A stretch of DNA of 20,000 nt from an uncultured virus (IMG/VR IMGVR_UViG_3300031687_001200) (IMGVR_UViG_3300031687_001200), one strand, 5' to 3'. Positions 1 to 7,648 are shown, numbered from the stretch's first letter. Notes: a model not told the origin generated them from the letters alone. Made by a program: numbers and translations.

Positions 1-495
1 GGTTGGCAGTACACAATTGAAGCAGACTTTTATACAAGTTATGCAGACAGTGACAAGCGTCAACAAAGTTTGTATACTAACTGGAAGCTCAACAAAGACA
101 TCAACGAAAAGATGTATGTACTTGCAGTATTACAAACAGATGCTGATAAGTTTAGAGACTACTCACTAAGAACAGTAGCAGGACTTGGGTACGGATACAA
201 ATTATTTAAGAACGACAAGTGGAAGATTAGTACAGAGTCATCATTGGCATATTTGAAAGCTATGGATACTGAACTGATTCTACGAACTAGTGTGTGGATA
301 GAATGGAAGCCCACAGCAAATTTAACATTAACTAATAAAATACTACACGAAAACAGTGATGAGTATTACTTGAGAATGGAACAAGAACTTAGTTATGCGA
401 TTACAGAAAGATTTAGTATTGGTTTAGCAAACGAATACACACAGGATTACGAAGATGAAAGCATCTTCATGTTTAACTTTAAGGTGAAACTTTGA
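1..495 (+). CDS. DUF481/YdiY-like outer-membrane beta-barrel protein, 5'-truncated by the window edge
   Basis: Frame 1 is open from base 1 (GWQYTIEADFY...), so 70 is not the true start. It shows alternating hydrophobic beta-strand patterns and 'DKFRDYSLRTVAGLGYGYKLF', which is typical of DUF481. Confidence 0.7.
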   Translation, partial: GWQYTIEADFYTSYADSDKRQQSLYTNWKLNKDINEKMYVLAVLQTDADKFRDYSLRTVAGLGYGYKLFKNDKWKISTESSLAYLKAMDTELILRTSVWIEWKPTANLTLTNKILHENSDEYYLRMEQELSYAITERFSIGLANEYTQDYEDESIFMFNFKVKL

Positions 496-513
496 GTAAG
501 GCAAGTAATATTT

Positions 514-557
514 TGAAGGAATTACCTTTAGAATTAATAACCGAAGGTAAGACTTCA
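514..557 (+). promoter_or_regulatory. Stem-loop in the 5' leader of the cold-shock gene
   Basis: TGAAG(514-518) pairs with CTTCA(553-557) and TTACCTT(522-528) pairs with AAGGTAA(544-550), just upstream of the purine-rich RBS region and ATG 574. Confidence 0.5.
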
Positions 558-573
558 CAAAGAGAGAAATAAA

Positions 574-771
574 ATGGCAAATGGAACAGTAAAATGGTTT
601 AATACATCTAAAGGTTTTGGATTTATTACGCCTGACGACGGTGGAAAAGATGTGTTCGCACATTTTTCAGCTATAAAAACAGACGGGTATGCTTCACTTG
701 ATGAGAATCAAAAAGTATCATACGATGTCGAAGATGGACCGAAAGGCCCACAAGCAACTAATATTGTATAA
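574..771 (+). CDS. cspA: Cold-shock protein (CSD)
   Basis: GTVKWFN, RNP1 KGFGFI, RNP2 VFAHFS, KGPQA; 65 aa. Confidence 0.97.
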   Translation: MANGTVKWFNTSKGFGFITPDDGGKDVFAHFSAIKTDGYASLDENQKVSYDVEDGPKGPQATNIV

Positions 772-780
772 GGAATATTG

Positions 781-1251
781 ATGAGAAGTATTTGGGTAAC
801 ATTTACGAAGGAAGGAATTCACAAGTATCCTGGAGCAGACACGGATCCTAAACTCGCTACTGGCGGTTGGGACGATGTATCTTTTCTAGGTTATCCTCAC
901 AGACATACTTTTTACTTTAGAGTTTGGATAGAAATATTCCATAACGATAGAGACATTGAATTTATACAGTTTAAACGCTGGCTAGAAAGGTTGTATAGCG
1001 GAGACGTTATACAACTGGACTTTAAGTCATGCGAAATGATTGCAGATGAATTAGCGACAGAGATACAAGTAAAGTATCCTAATCGTGATATAAAGATTTC
1101 AGTAGCCGAAGATAATGAAAACGGGTGCGAGATAGATTATCCATACAGTGATGTTCCGGTAACGGATAGAGCTGAGGGTAGTTGGTATGAGGGTGGTAAC
1201 CCTTATAAGGACGACAGTCAAGCAACTTATGTTAAGGGACTTGATGATTAA
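781..1251 (+). CDS. dpdL: QueD-paralogous T-fold protein with LxxxHRHxF signature (DpdL-like, putative 7-carboxy-7-deazaguanine decarboxylase)
   Basis: N-terminal His (EGIH), LGYPHRHTF at 886-912 in place of the QueD CxxxHGH, SCE in place of the QueD T(A/S)E motif, and a C-terminal V.EDNENG strand. ATG 781 follows AAGGA. Confidence 0.7.
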   Translation: MRSIWVTFTKEGIHKYPGADTDPKLATGGWDDVSFLGYPHRHTFYFRVWIEIFHNDRDIEFIQFKRWLERLYSGDVIQLDFKSCEMIADELATEIQVKYPNRDIKISVAEDNENGCEIDYPYSDVPVTDRAEGSWYEGGNPYKDDSQATYVKGLDD

Positions 1252-1275
1252 TAAACAATTCTTAAGGAGAATATT

Positions 1276-1449
1276 ATGGAAGCACATTTAAAAATGAAAG
1301 CGGCATTCGAGACATACATCGAAGAAAGCGAGAAGTTCGAAGGTGGCAACAAAGCCGCAGGTACTAGAGCTAGAAAGGCATTGATGGATATCAAAAACCT
1401 TGCTGGTGATAGAAGAAAAGAAATCCAAGAAAGCAAAAACGCTGGATAA
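1276..1449 (+). CDS. Histone H1-like Hc1-family small protein (57 aa; missing from the ORF track)
   Basis: AAGGAG RBS then MEAHLKMKAAFETYIEESEKFEGGNKAAGTRARKALMDIKNLAGDRRKEIQESKNAG. GNKAAGTRAR is the Hc1-family signature, and the ORF fills the intergenic gap exactly. Confidence 0.85.
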   Translation: MEAHLKMKAAFETYIEESEKFEGGNKAAGTRARKALMDIKNLAGDRRKEIQESKNAG

Positions 1450-1452
1450 ATT

Positions 1453-2658
1453 ATGATTTATATTGTTGAGCTAGAACCTGTTGAAACACGCTACACCGCT
1501 CAGTGGAAGACGTGGTTGCCTAGGCAAATGAAAGACTCAGGACTGGAAGTTAAAGTTATACAAGGGCCGAGTGATGCACCGCAGGATACAACTCCTGGGG
1601 CATTCTTAAACTTTAGCGGAACTAACTATTGGAAGAGCGAACAGTTAAAGACTATTAGTCAAATGTTTGCGGATGGTACAGTACAAGATGGAGATTACTT
1701 CCTCTATACTGATGCTTGGAATCCAACTGTGTTACAACTAAAATATATGTCAGAGTTATTAGGTGTTAAAGTTAAAATTGGTGGCATGTGGCATGCAGGA
1801 TCTTATGACCCAGCGGACTTTTTAGGTAGACTAATTGGTGATGCGCCTTGGGTAAGGCTTGCGGAAGAAAGTATGTTCAATGTATTTGATCATAACTTCT
1901 TTGCTACAGATTTCCATATCGACTTATTCATGCAGTCATTCCCGAATGTGGATACTAATAAGATTCACAGGGTGGGATGGCCCATGGAGTACTTGGAGCA
2001 TTTACTTGCTGAGTACAATATACCTACAAGTAAAAACGATATAGTATTATTTCCACACAGGGTAGCACCTGAAAAGCAAGTGGAGATATTTAAAGATTTA
2101 GGCGAAGCATTTGAAGATGTAGACTTTATAGTTGCACAAGAACAAAACCTTAGTAAGGATGAGTATCATAGTTTACTCATGCGTAGTAAGATAGTGTTCA
2201 GTGCTAACACACAAGAAACATTAGGTATCAGTTGCTTTGAAGGAGCATTGGTTGGTGCGACACCATTGGTCCCGGACAGATTAAGTTATACAGAAATGTA
2301 TGATGACAAGTTTAAGTACCCAAGCGAATGGACAGAGAGTTGGGATAGTTACTTAACGCACAAGGACAAGTTGATTGATAAGATTCGAGGCATGTTAGCA
2401 TTTAATTGGCTTATGTCAGACGATAACGAACAGTTAGCAGAACAGTTAAAAAACGACTTCTTCAGTGGTAAAGCATTGTATGAAGTAATTGGCGATAGTA
2501 AATCTAAGAGCCTTTCAAGAAGAGATCAAAAGTTAGAACTTGAGTACGCTGAAGTTAATCAATCTAAGGGTCTTTCAAGGAGAGAGCAAGTTTTACTAGA
2601 CCCGCTTAGTGCGAGTTTAAGAAGTGATGGCGGTTTCGATCGCTCAGAAACGGAATAA
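1453..2658 (+). CDS. GT-B fold (GT4-like) glycosyltransferase
   Basis: FPHRVAPEKQ and the E-x7-E motif ETLGISCFE (2215-2241) followed by GATPLVPDRLSYTEM, the nucleotide-sugar-binding C-terminal domain of retaining GT-B enzymes. Confidence 0.85.
   Translation: MIYIVELEPVETRYTAQWKTWLPRQMKDSGLEVKVIQGPSDAPQDTTPGAFLNFSGTNYWKSEQLKTISQMFADGTVQDGDYFLYTDAWNPTVLQLKYMSELLGVKVKIGGMWHAGSYDPADFLGRLIGDAPWVRLAEESMFNVFDHNFFATDFHIDLFMQSFPNVDTNKIHRVGWPMEYLEHLLAEYNIPTSKNDIVLFPHRVAPEKQVEIFKDLGEAFEDVDFIVAQEQNLSKDEYHSLLMRSKIVFSANTQETLGISCFEGALVGATPLVPDRLSYTEMYDDKFKYPSEWTESWDSYLTHKDKLIDKIRGMLAFNWLMSDDNEQLAEQLKNDFFSGKALYEVIGDSKSKSLSRRDQKLELEYAEVNQSKGLSRREQVLLDPLSASLRSDGGFDRSETE
2501..2589 (+). repeat. Imperfect direct repeat with 60-bp period in the glycosyltransferase 3' end
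   Basis: 2501-2529 AATCTAAGAGCCTTTCAAGAAGAGATCAA versus 2561-2589 AATCTAAGGGTCTTTCAAGGAGAGAGCAA (25/29 identical), encoding SKSLSRRDQ and SKGLSRREQ. Confidence 0.85.
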
Positions 2659-2671
2659 GAAGGAGATAGCA

Positions 2672-3658
2672 ATGAATAATGATGAGAAAGCAATTGTAGT
2701 AACAGGTGGCAGTGGATTTATAGGCAGTAATGTCTGCGAACTGCTAGTTGCTAGTGGATATAATGTATTTAATATTGATAGACGTAAACGTGATATACCA
2801 GGCGTAGTCCAGTATCCGTTCGAGATTAATACAAAACAAGTTAAAGGTGTAATAGATATTATTCAGCCTGAATGTGTTATCCATATTGCGGCAAACAACA
2901 GCGTACCTAACAGTGTAATTAATCCTAAGGATACATATCACGACAACGTAGAGCAGACTATTAGTTTACTAAACGTATGTGTTGAAGCTGGCGTAAAGAA
3001 CTTTATGTTTGCATCAAGCAGTAGTGTATATGGACACAGCATTCATGAAGACGGGTCCTATAAAGAAACAGACCCAATGTTTCCAATCAATCCATATGGA
3101 AGAACAAAGCAGATATGTGAACAAATAATTAAAGACTACTGTGATGTTTATGATATGAACTACAGCATTCTAAGATTGTTTAACGTAGCTGGAAGTAATG
3201 CAGGCAAGAACGGATATCAAAAGACTCCGTATGTACATGTACTACCTATCATAGTAGAGAAGGCATTAACAAACGAAGTGTTTGATATATGTGGTGACGA
3301 CTATGACACACCAGATGGAACATGTTTAAGAGACTATACTCACATCAACGATATTGCTAGAGGTTTTCTTTTAGCACTACATCAAATGTTTGATAATGGT
3401 ATTAATAACACATACAACTTAGGTAACAGCACACCAGTTAGTGTACTAGAGCTAATTAAAGCAGTAGAAACTGAACTAGGCGAAGACATTAACACCAATT
3501 TAGTTGCTCCACGATCAGGCGACATGGTTAAGACTTATGCAGATGTAACATTTGCTAAGGACAACTTGGGTTGGGAGCCTACAAAAACAATCAACGATAT
3601 CATTGTTGATGAACTGGCTTGGCAGAAGCCAAAGCTGAAACGTAAACATAATTTATAA
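2672..3658 (+). CDS. galE: UDP-glucose 4-epimerase-like extended SDR
   Basis: VTGGSGFIGS, FASSSSVYG, YGRTK (YxxxK), LRLFNVAG, DYDTPDGTCLRDYTH. The start was moved to ATG 2672, after AAGGAG. Confidence 0.9.
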   Translation: MNNDEKAIVVTGGSGFIGSNVCELLVASGYNVFNIDRRKRDIPGVVQYPFEINTKQVKGVIDIIQPECVIHIAANNSVPNSVINPKDTYHDNVEQTISLLNVCVEAGVKNFMFASSSSVYGHSIHEDGSYKETDPMFPINPYGRTKQICEQIIKDYCDVYDMNYSILRLFNVAGSNAGKNGYQKTPYVHVLPIIVEKALTNEVFDICGDDYDTPDGTCLRDYTHINDIARGFLLALHQMFDNGINNTYNLGNSTPVSVLELIKAVETELGEDINTNLVAPRSGDMVKTYADVTFAKDNLGWEPTKTINDIIVDELAWQKPKLKRKHNL

Positions 3659-3667
3659 GGAACCATT

Positions 3668-3949
3668 ATGCAACCATTACACGATAAACTATTAGTGAAG
3701 CGTAAAACTAGCATGACTAAAACGTCAGGCGGTATTATCTTAACTAGTGTTGCTAAAGACAAGCCAGCAGAAGGCGAAGTCATAGCAGTAGGTCCAGGAA
3801 AGAAAAGTAAGTTAGATATTGTTATCCCACTTGAATGTCAAGTCGGTGACTATATTATGTTTGGCCCAAACAACGGCGACAAGATTGAAATTGATGGAGA
3901 GGAGTTTATTATCCTATCCGAGTCTGATGTGTTTGGTATAGTTGAGTAA
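3668..3949 (+). CDS. groES: Co-chaperonin GroES (Cpn10)
   Basis: PLHDKLLV, KTSGGIIL mobile loop, GEVIAVGPG, ILSESDVFG. Confidence 0.95.
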   Translation: MQPLHDKLLVKRKTSMTKTSGGIILTSVAKDKPAEGEVIAVGPGKKSKLDIVIPLECQVGDYIMFGPNNGDKIEIDGEEFIILSESDVFGIVE

Positions 3950-3950
3950 C

Positions 3951-4409
3951 ATGAAGTACTACCACACCTGGGAAGAATTTAACAGCAACGTTGCAACAAT
4001 ATGCCGGGCAATGGCAGTAGATAAGTATAAGCCCGATGTTATATTAGGACCTGGAAGAGGCGGTTACCCAATGGGAGTAATGCTCAGTCATTACTGGAAT
4101 ATACCGTTTGAAGGCTTCCAATTAAGTCTAAGAGATCATACAGTCGAGGATAATGGCGCACTTGAACAACTTTTGTCTAAATACAATGGTAAGAACATAT
4201 TAATATGCGATGACATTAACGATAGTGGATCAACACTCAATATAATTGATGAAAGTTGCGAAAAACTGTTGACAATGGCTCCCAGATACTGTACAATATA
4301 TGATAAGTTGTCCAGTAATTTTGGTAAGAAAGTTGACTATACTGCAAAGGAAGTTACACCAGATGAAGAACAATGGATAGTATTCCCTTACGAGGAGTGG
4401 TGGAAATGA
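3951..4409 (+). CDS. Type I phosphoribosyltransferase (xanthine-guanine PRT-like)
   Basis: ILGPGRGG, PRPP-binding ILICDDINDSGSTL and C-terminal WIVFPYE. ATG 3951 lies directly after the groES stop. Confidence 0.9.
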   Translation: MKYYHTWEEFNSNVATICRAMAVDKYKPDVILGPGRGGYPMGVMLSHYWNIPFEGFQLSLRDHTVEDNGALEQLLSKYNGKNILICDDINDSGSTLNIIDESCEKLLTMAPRYCTIYDKLSSNFGKKVDYTAKEVTPDEEQWIVFPYEEWWK

Positions 4410-4510
4410 TTGAATTATTAGTATGGTTTGTTTTCACATTTGCATGGGCGGCATATGGTACGCATGTAATAAGAGAGTTTATAAAGCATAACTGGAACAT
4501 ATTAAAATGA
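4406..4510 (+). CDS. Small single-TM membrane peptide (34 aa; missing from the ORF track)
   Basis: MIELLVWFVFTFAWAAYGTHVIREFIKHNWNILK. It has ATGA overlaps with both neighbours and GAGGAG upstream. Confidence 0.6.
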   Translation: MIELLVWFVFTFAWAAYGTHVIREFIKHNWNILK

Positions 4511-4713
4511 AAAGAACAGCAGAAATAGTAAATGACAATGGCTTTGTTGTACATTTATTTAAAGAATATTTATGTGAAATAGGAATGGAAAAGGACCTGT
4601 TTGGTACTATAGATATTAGAGACAAAAGCATACACTATGCAAATGACATAGTAGAGAACTGGGCTAACGGCATATTAGGAGAGGATAATGAGTTCATTAG
4701 TAAGCCTTCGTAA
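4507..4713 (+). CDS. Hypothetical phage protein
   Basis: Coupled ORF in the operon-like array; no recognisable function. Confidence 0.65.
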   Translation: MKRTAEIVNDNGFVVHLFKEYLCEIGMEKDLFGTIDIRDKSIHYANDIVENWANGILGEDNEFISKPS

Positions 4714-4906
4714 CCACTTAGTTACCCTAAAAACTAAACATAGGGTAATGGATAAACAAATATCCGATGATTACGACTTACATGTTGATGACTTTATTGT
4801 TCATGCAGAGAAGTTAGAAAAACTAGAACTTAAAAGAGAGATAGACACTCTAGAAGAAATGATTATATTATTATCCAAAGAAGAGGAACAACAAGAGAAT
4901 GATTAG
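4688..4906 (+). CDS. DUF465/YdcH-like coiled-coil protein
   Basis: L.TL..KHRVMDKQI...KLEKLELKREI pattern; GAGGA RBS. Confidence 0.7.
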   Translation: MSSLVSLRNHLVTLKTKHRVMDKQISDDYDLHVDDFIVHAEKLEKLELKREIDTLEEMIILLSKEEEQQEND

Positions 4907-5588
4907 TGATACAATAAAACAACGTATCTTACAAGCCGGCGGCAAGTTTTGGGCTGGTAGTAACATTAGTGAGTACATGGAAGAAGGCGACAAACAAGCA
5001 CTTATCGAAGAGCTTACACCTAAGTTTGAATCAGTACTAGAGAGTCTAGTTATTGATATTGAAAACGATCCTAACAGTATGGAAACTGGTAGACGTCTTG
5101 CTAAAATGTATATCAAAGAACTAATGGCAGGTAGGTACGAACCTATGCCTAATGCAACAGCGTTTCCTAATGTAACAGAAGATAGATACGAAGGCATGTT
5201 GGTTGTGCGTAGCGAACTTAAAAGTGTTTGCTCACATCATCACCAGCCAGTAACAGGCGTAGCATACATTGGTATCATTGCCGCTGACACACTAATTGGT
5301 CTAAGCAAGTACACAAGGATTGCACAATGGTGTGCAAGACGTGGAACGTTACAAGAAGAACTATGTAACGACATTGCTAGAGAGATTATGGAAGCCACTG
5401 GTAGTAATGACGTAGGCGTTTATATACAAGCCACACACGGTTGTTGTGAGAATAGAGGCATTATGGCACATAGTAGTCTTACACAGACTACAGTACTTAA
5501 AGGTTCTTTCAAAGAAGAAGCAAAGGTACAACAAGAGTTTATGGATAATATTAAACTACAGCAGTCGTTTGCTAATGGTAGAGGTTAA
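4899..5588 (+). CDS. folE: GTP cyclohydrolase I
   Basis: Zn ligands SVCSHHHQP and HGCCENRG, plus ET.RRLAKMY, IGLSKY.RI and LQEEL. Confidence 0.95.
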   Translation: MISDTIKQRILQAGGKFWAGSNISEYMEEGDKQALIEELTPKFESVLESLVIDIENDPNSMETGRRLAKMYIKELMAGRYEPMPNATAFPNVTEDRYEGMLVVRSELKSVCSHHHQPVTGVAYIGIIAADTLIGLSKYTRIAQWCARRGTLQEELCNDIAREIMEATGSNDVGVYIQATHGCCENRGIMAHSSLTQTTVLKGSFKEEAKVQQEFMDNIKLQQSFANGRG

Positions 5589-5590
5589 GT

Positions 5591-6133
5591 ATGATAGAAC
5601 GTAGGAAGAAAGGTTTTATAGTTTCAAAAGGACTCGTGCCTGTAAATGCTATATGCGAAAGTGTTGGCACAGGTAAGAGCGTAGCTGACGTATTAAAATT
5701 ATATCCTACCCTTGCTATGGAAGATGTGTTTGAAGCATTAGAGTTTTATGCTCTTAATACTTCTATACCTACCAATCAAGCATTAGAACAGTTACTTACA
5801 TTAGTTAATGTAGGTGGAGAAGAGATTGTATTAGAAGTAAGCAACATTAATCAAGTAGTGTTCATTAAACTTGTAGAGCTAGGCAGACGTTATTACAGAC
5901 GTACTAGCAACTTTGCTACATGTATGAACAACGGACTAAGGATTAGTTGCCTAGAGATTCTAATGCACAAAGAAGCAGACTTAGATTTAGAAAACGATTT
6001 GTTTGAGTTAGTTGAGATTGCACTAACAGATAGTGTGCCAGCAATATTTGAACAGAACGAACAGACAAAAGAAGATTTAGATTACGACGAATATATAGTA
6101 ACGAAGGAAAAACATGACTCTAAAATACAGTGA
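5591..6133 (+). CDS. Protein with N-terminal DUF433 (HTH-like) domain and an unknown C-terminal region
   Basis: PVNAICESVGTGKSVADVLKLYPTLAMEDVFEALEFYA matches the DUF433 pattern (V..I......G.S..E+...YP.L..EDI..AL.Y). Confidence 0.7.
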   Translation: MIERRKKGFIVSKGLVPVNAICESVGTGKSVADVLKLYPTLAMEDVFEALEFYALNTSIPTNQALEQLLTLVNVGGEEIVLEVSNINQVVFIKLVELGRRYYRRTSNFATCMNNGLRISCLEILMHKEADLDLENDLFELVEIALTDSVPAIFEQNEQTKEDLDYDEYIVTKEKHDSKIQ

Positions 6134-7034
6134 AACGTTTTACTCAGCCCAAGGCGAAGGCTCCTATGTAGGCATTCCTAGTTTATGGATGCGATTCTTC
6201 TTGTGTAATCTTCAGTGCAATGGCTTTGGACAAACAGATCCAACTGACCCTAGCACCTATGAGTTACCGTACGAAACAATTGATTTAACAAACATCGACA
6301 ACGTGTTTGATTTGCCAGTTTTTGATAAGGGTTGTGACAGTAGTTACACTTGGAGCAAACGCTTCAAGCACCTTATTGCCGATAAGACGGTAGAGGAGGC
6401 TGTAGACGAACTACAGGCTCACCTACCGCACGGTAACTTTATACATCCTGTAACACTAAACAGAACACACATGGTATTTACAGGAGGCGAGCCTATGATT
6501 AAGAAGTCGCAACCTGGTATGATTAGTGTGTTAGAAGAGTTTGCTAAACGTAAGATGAACAACACTCACGTTACAGTAGAAACAAATGGTACTAGAGCAG
6601 TAACACCAGACTTAGAAGAGTTTATAGATAAAAGATTTTATGCTACAGACGAGTACGGTGGAATTATTCCAGACGCATTAGGTACGCCAGAGTGGTTCTG
6701 GAGTGTAAGTCCTAAGTTATGGAGTACTGCTGGAGAGAAACATAGTAAAGCAATATGCCCAGAGATAGTAGGCAAGTATGCAGAAGTTAGTAATCACGGA
6801 CAACTAAAGTTCGTAGTAAATGGCTCTGAAGAGAGTTGGAGAGAAGTAGAAGAGAATACTAAATTATTTAGAGATGCAGGATGTAATTTTCCTGTGTGGA
6901 TTATGGGCGTAGGTGGAACGTTCGAAGGGCTAATCCAAACAGAAGCCACCATAGCCGATGAAGCAATACAACGTGGCTACAACTATACAAGCAGAGTTCA
7001 TGTACACATATATGGAAATGCAATAGGAAAATAA
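6114..7034 (+). CDS. queE: 7-carboxy-7-deazaguanine synthase (radical SAM)
   Basis: SETFYSAQGEG, G.PSLWMR, CNLQC...GCDS.YTW, FTGGEP, VETNGT, SVSPKL and R.HVHIYGN. Confidence 0.93.
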   Translation: MTLKYSETFYSAQGEGSYVGIPSLWMRFFLCNLQCNGFGQTDPTDPSTYELPYETIDLTNIDNVFDLPVFDKGCDSSYTWSKRFKHLIADKTVEEAVDELQAHLPHGNFIHPVTLNRTHMVFTGGEPMIKKSQPGMISVLEEFAKRKMNNTHVTVETNGTRAVTPDLEEFIDKRFYATDEYGGIIPDALGTPEWFWSVSPKLWSTAGEKHSKAICPEIVGKYAEVSNHGQLKFVVNGSEESWREVEENTKLFRDAGCNFPVWIMGVGGTFEGLIQTEATIADEAIQRGYNYTSRVHVHIYGNAIGK

Positions 7035-7035
7035 T

Positions 7036-7521
7036 ATGAATATTATTAAAAAGATTAAAGCAGAACGTCCTTGGTCAAGTACCAGTGAATACTTTACTTG
7101 GTTTCATTGGACATTGTTTTCAATACTGTGGTGTACATTATTGTTTTCAGTTGAAGCAAGAGCAGATCAATGGTTTGTTGATGGCACTGGAGTAACTGAA
7201 GGTAAAACATATCATGGACACACAGTAGAAACAACACCGCCGGCATTGTTTACTTCAGCTATTATCGGAGCAGACAAGATAGGCAAGGATACTATTAGAG
7301 TTAAGATGAACGATGGTAGAAGTTATGATGCAGTCATGCTAGGCTGTTGGAATCTACAATCGGCACATGGATATATATTTGGAAAGAACTGGGAGATGGA
7401 TGCAATATTTGATCAACTAATGCCAGGCTTACCAGTATATCTATTAATAGGTAATAATGTCGAACATAACCCGGGCTGTGTTATTACAAAGATTATACCA
7501 GTAATGATAGTAAATGAATAA
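7036..7521 (+). CDS. Hypothetical exported or membrane-anchored protein
   Basis: Hydrophobic segment ending in VEARA (signal-peptide-like) followed by a beta-rich domain with two Cys. Confidence 0.6.
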   Translation: MNIIKKIKAERPWSSTSEYFTWFHWTLFSILWCTLLFSVEARADQWFVDGTGVTEGKTYHGHTVETTPPALFTSAIIGADKIGKDTIRVKMNDGRSYDAVMLGCWNLQSAHGYIFGKNWEMDAIFDQLMPGLPVYLLIGNNVEHNPGCVITKIIPVMIVNE

Positions 7522-7648
7522 GTGTAGTGAGTGCGGAGTGATATATTTTACATCTCCATACCACACACATGACATGCAACACATATTTTGTGGAGCAGAG
7601 TGCAGTTTAAAATGGCACGATAAACAGGAGAAAGATGATGGCGAATAA
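7514..7648 (+). CDS. Small Cys4 zinc-finger protein (TRASH/MYM-like; 44 aa; missing from the ORF track)
   Basis: MNKCSECGVIYFTSPYHTHDMQHIFCGAECSLKWHDKQEKDDGE contains CxxC...FCxxxC and overlaps both neighbours. Confidence 0.65.
   Translation: MNKCSECGVIYFTSPYHTHDMQHIFCGAECSLKWHDKQEKDDGE

Noticed and set aside
781..1251. Calling this gene canonical queD
   Set aside because: It lacks the CxxxHGH catalytic motif and has LxxxHRHxF instead.
2624..2671. Longer N-termini given by the ORF track for galE (2624), PRT (3942) and the ORF at 15606
   Set aside because: Downstream ATGs (2672, 3951, 15681) avoid overlaps, and 2672 and 15681 have clear RBSs.
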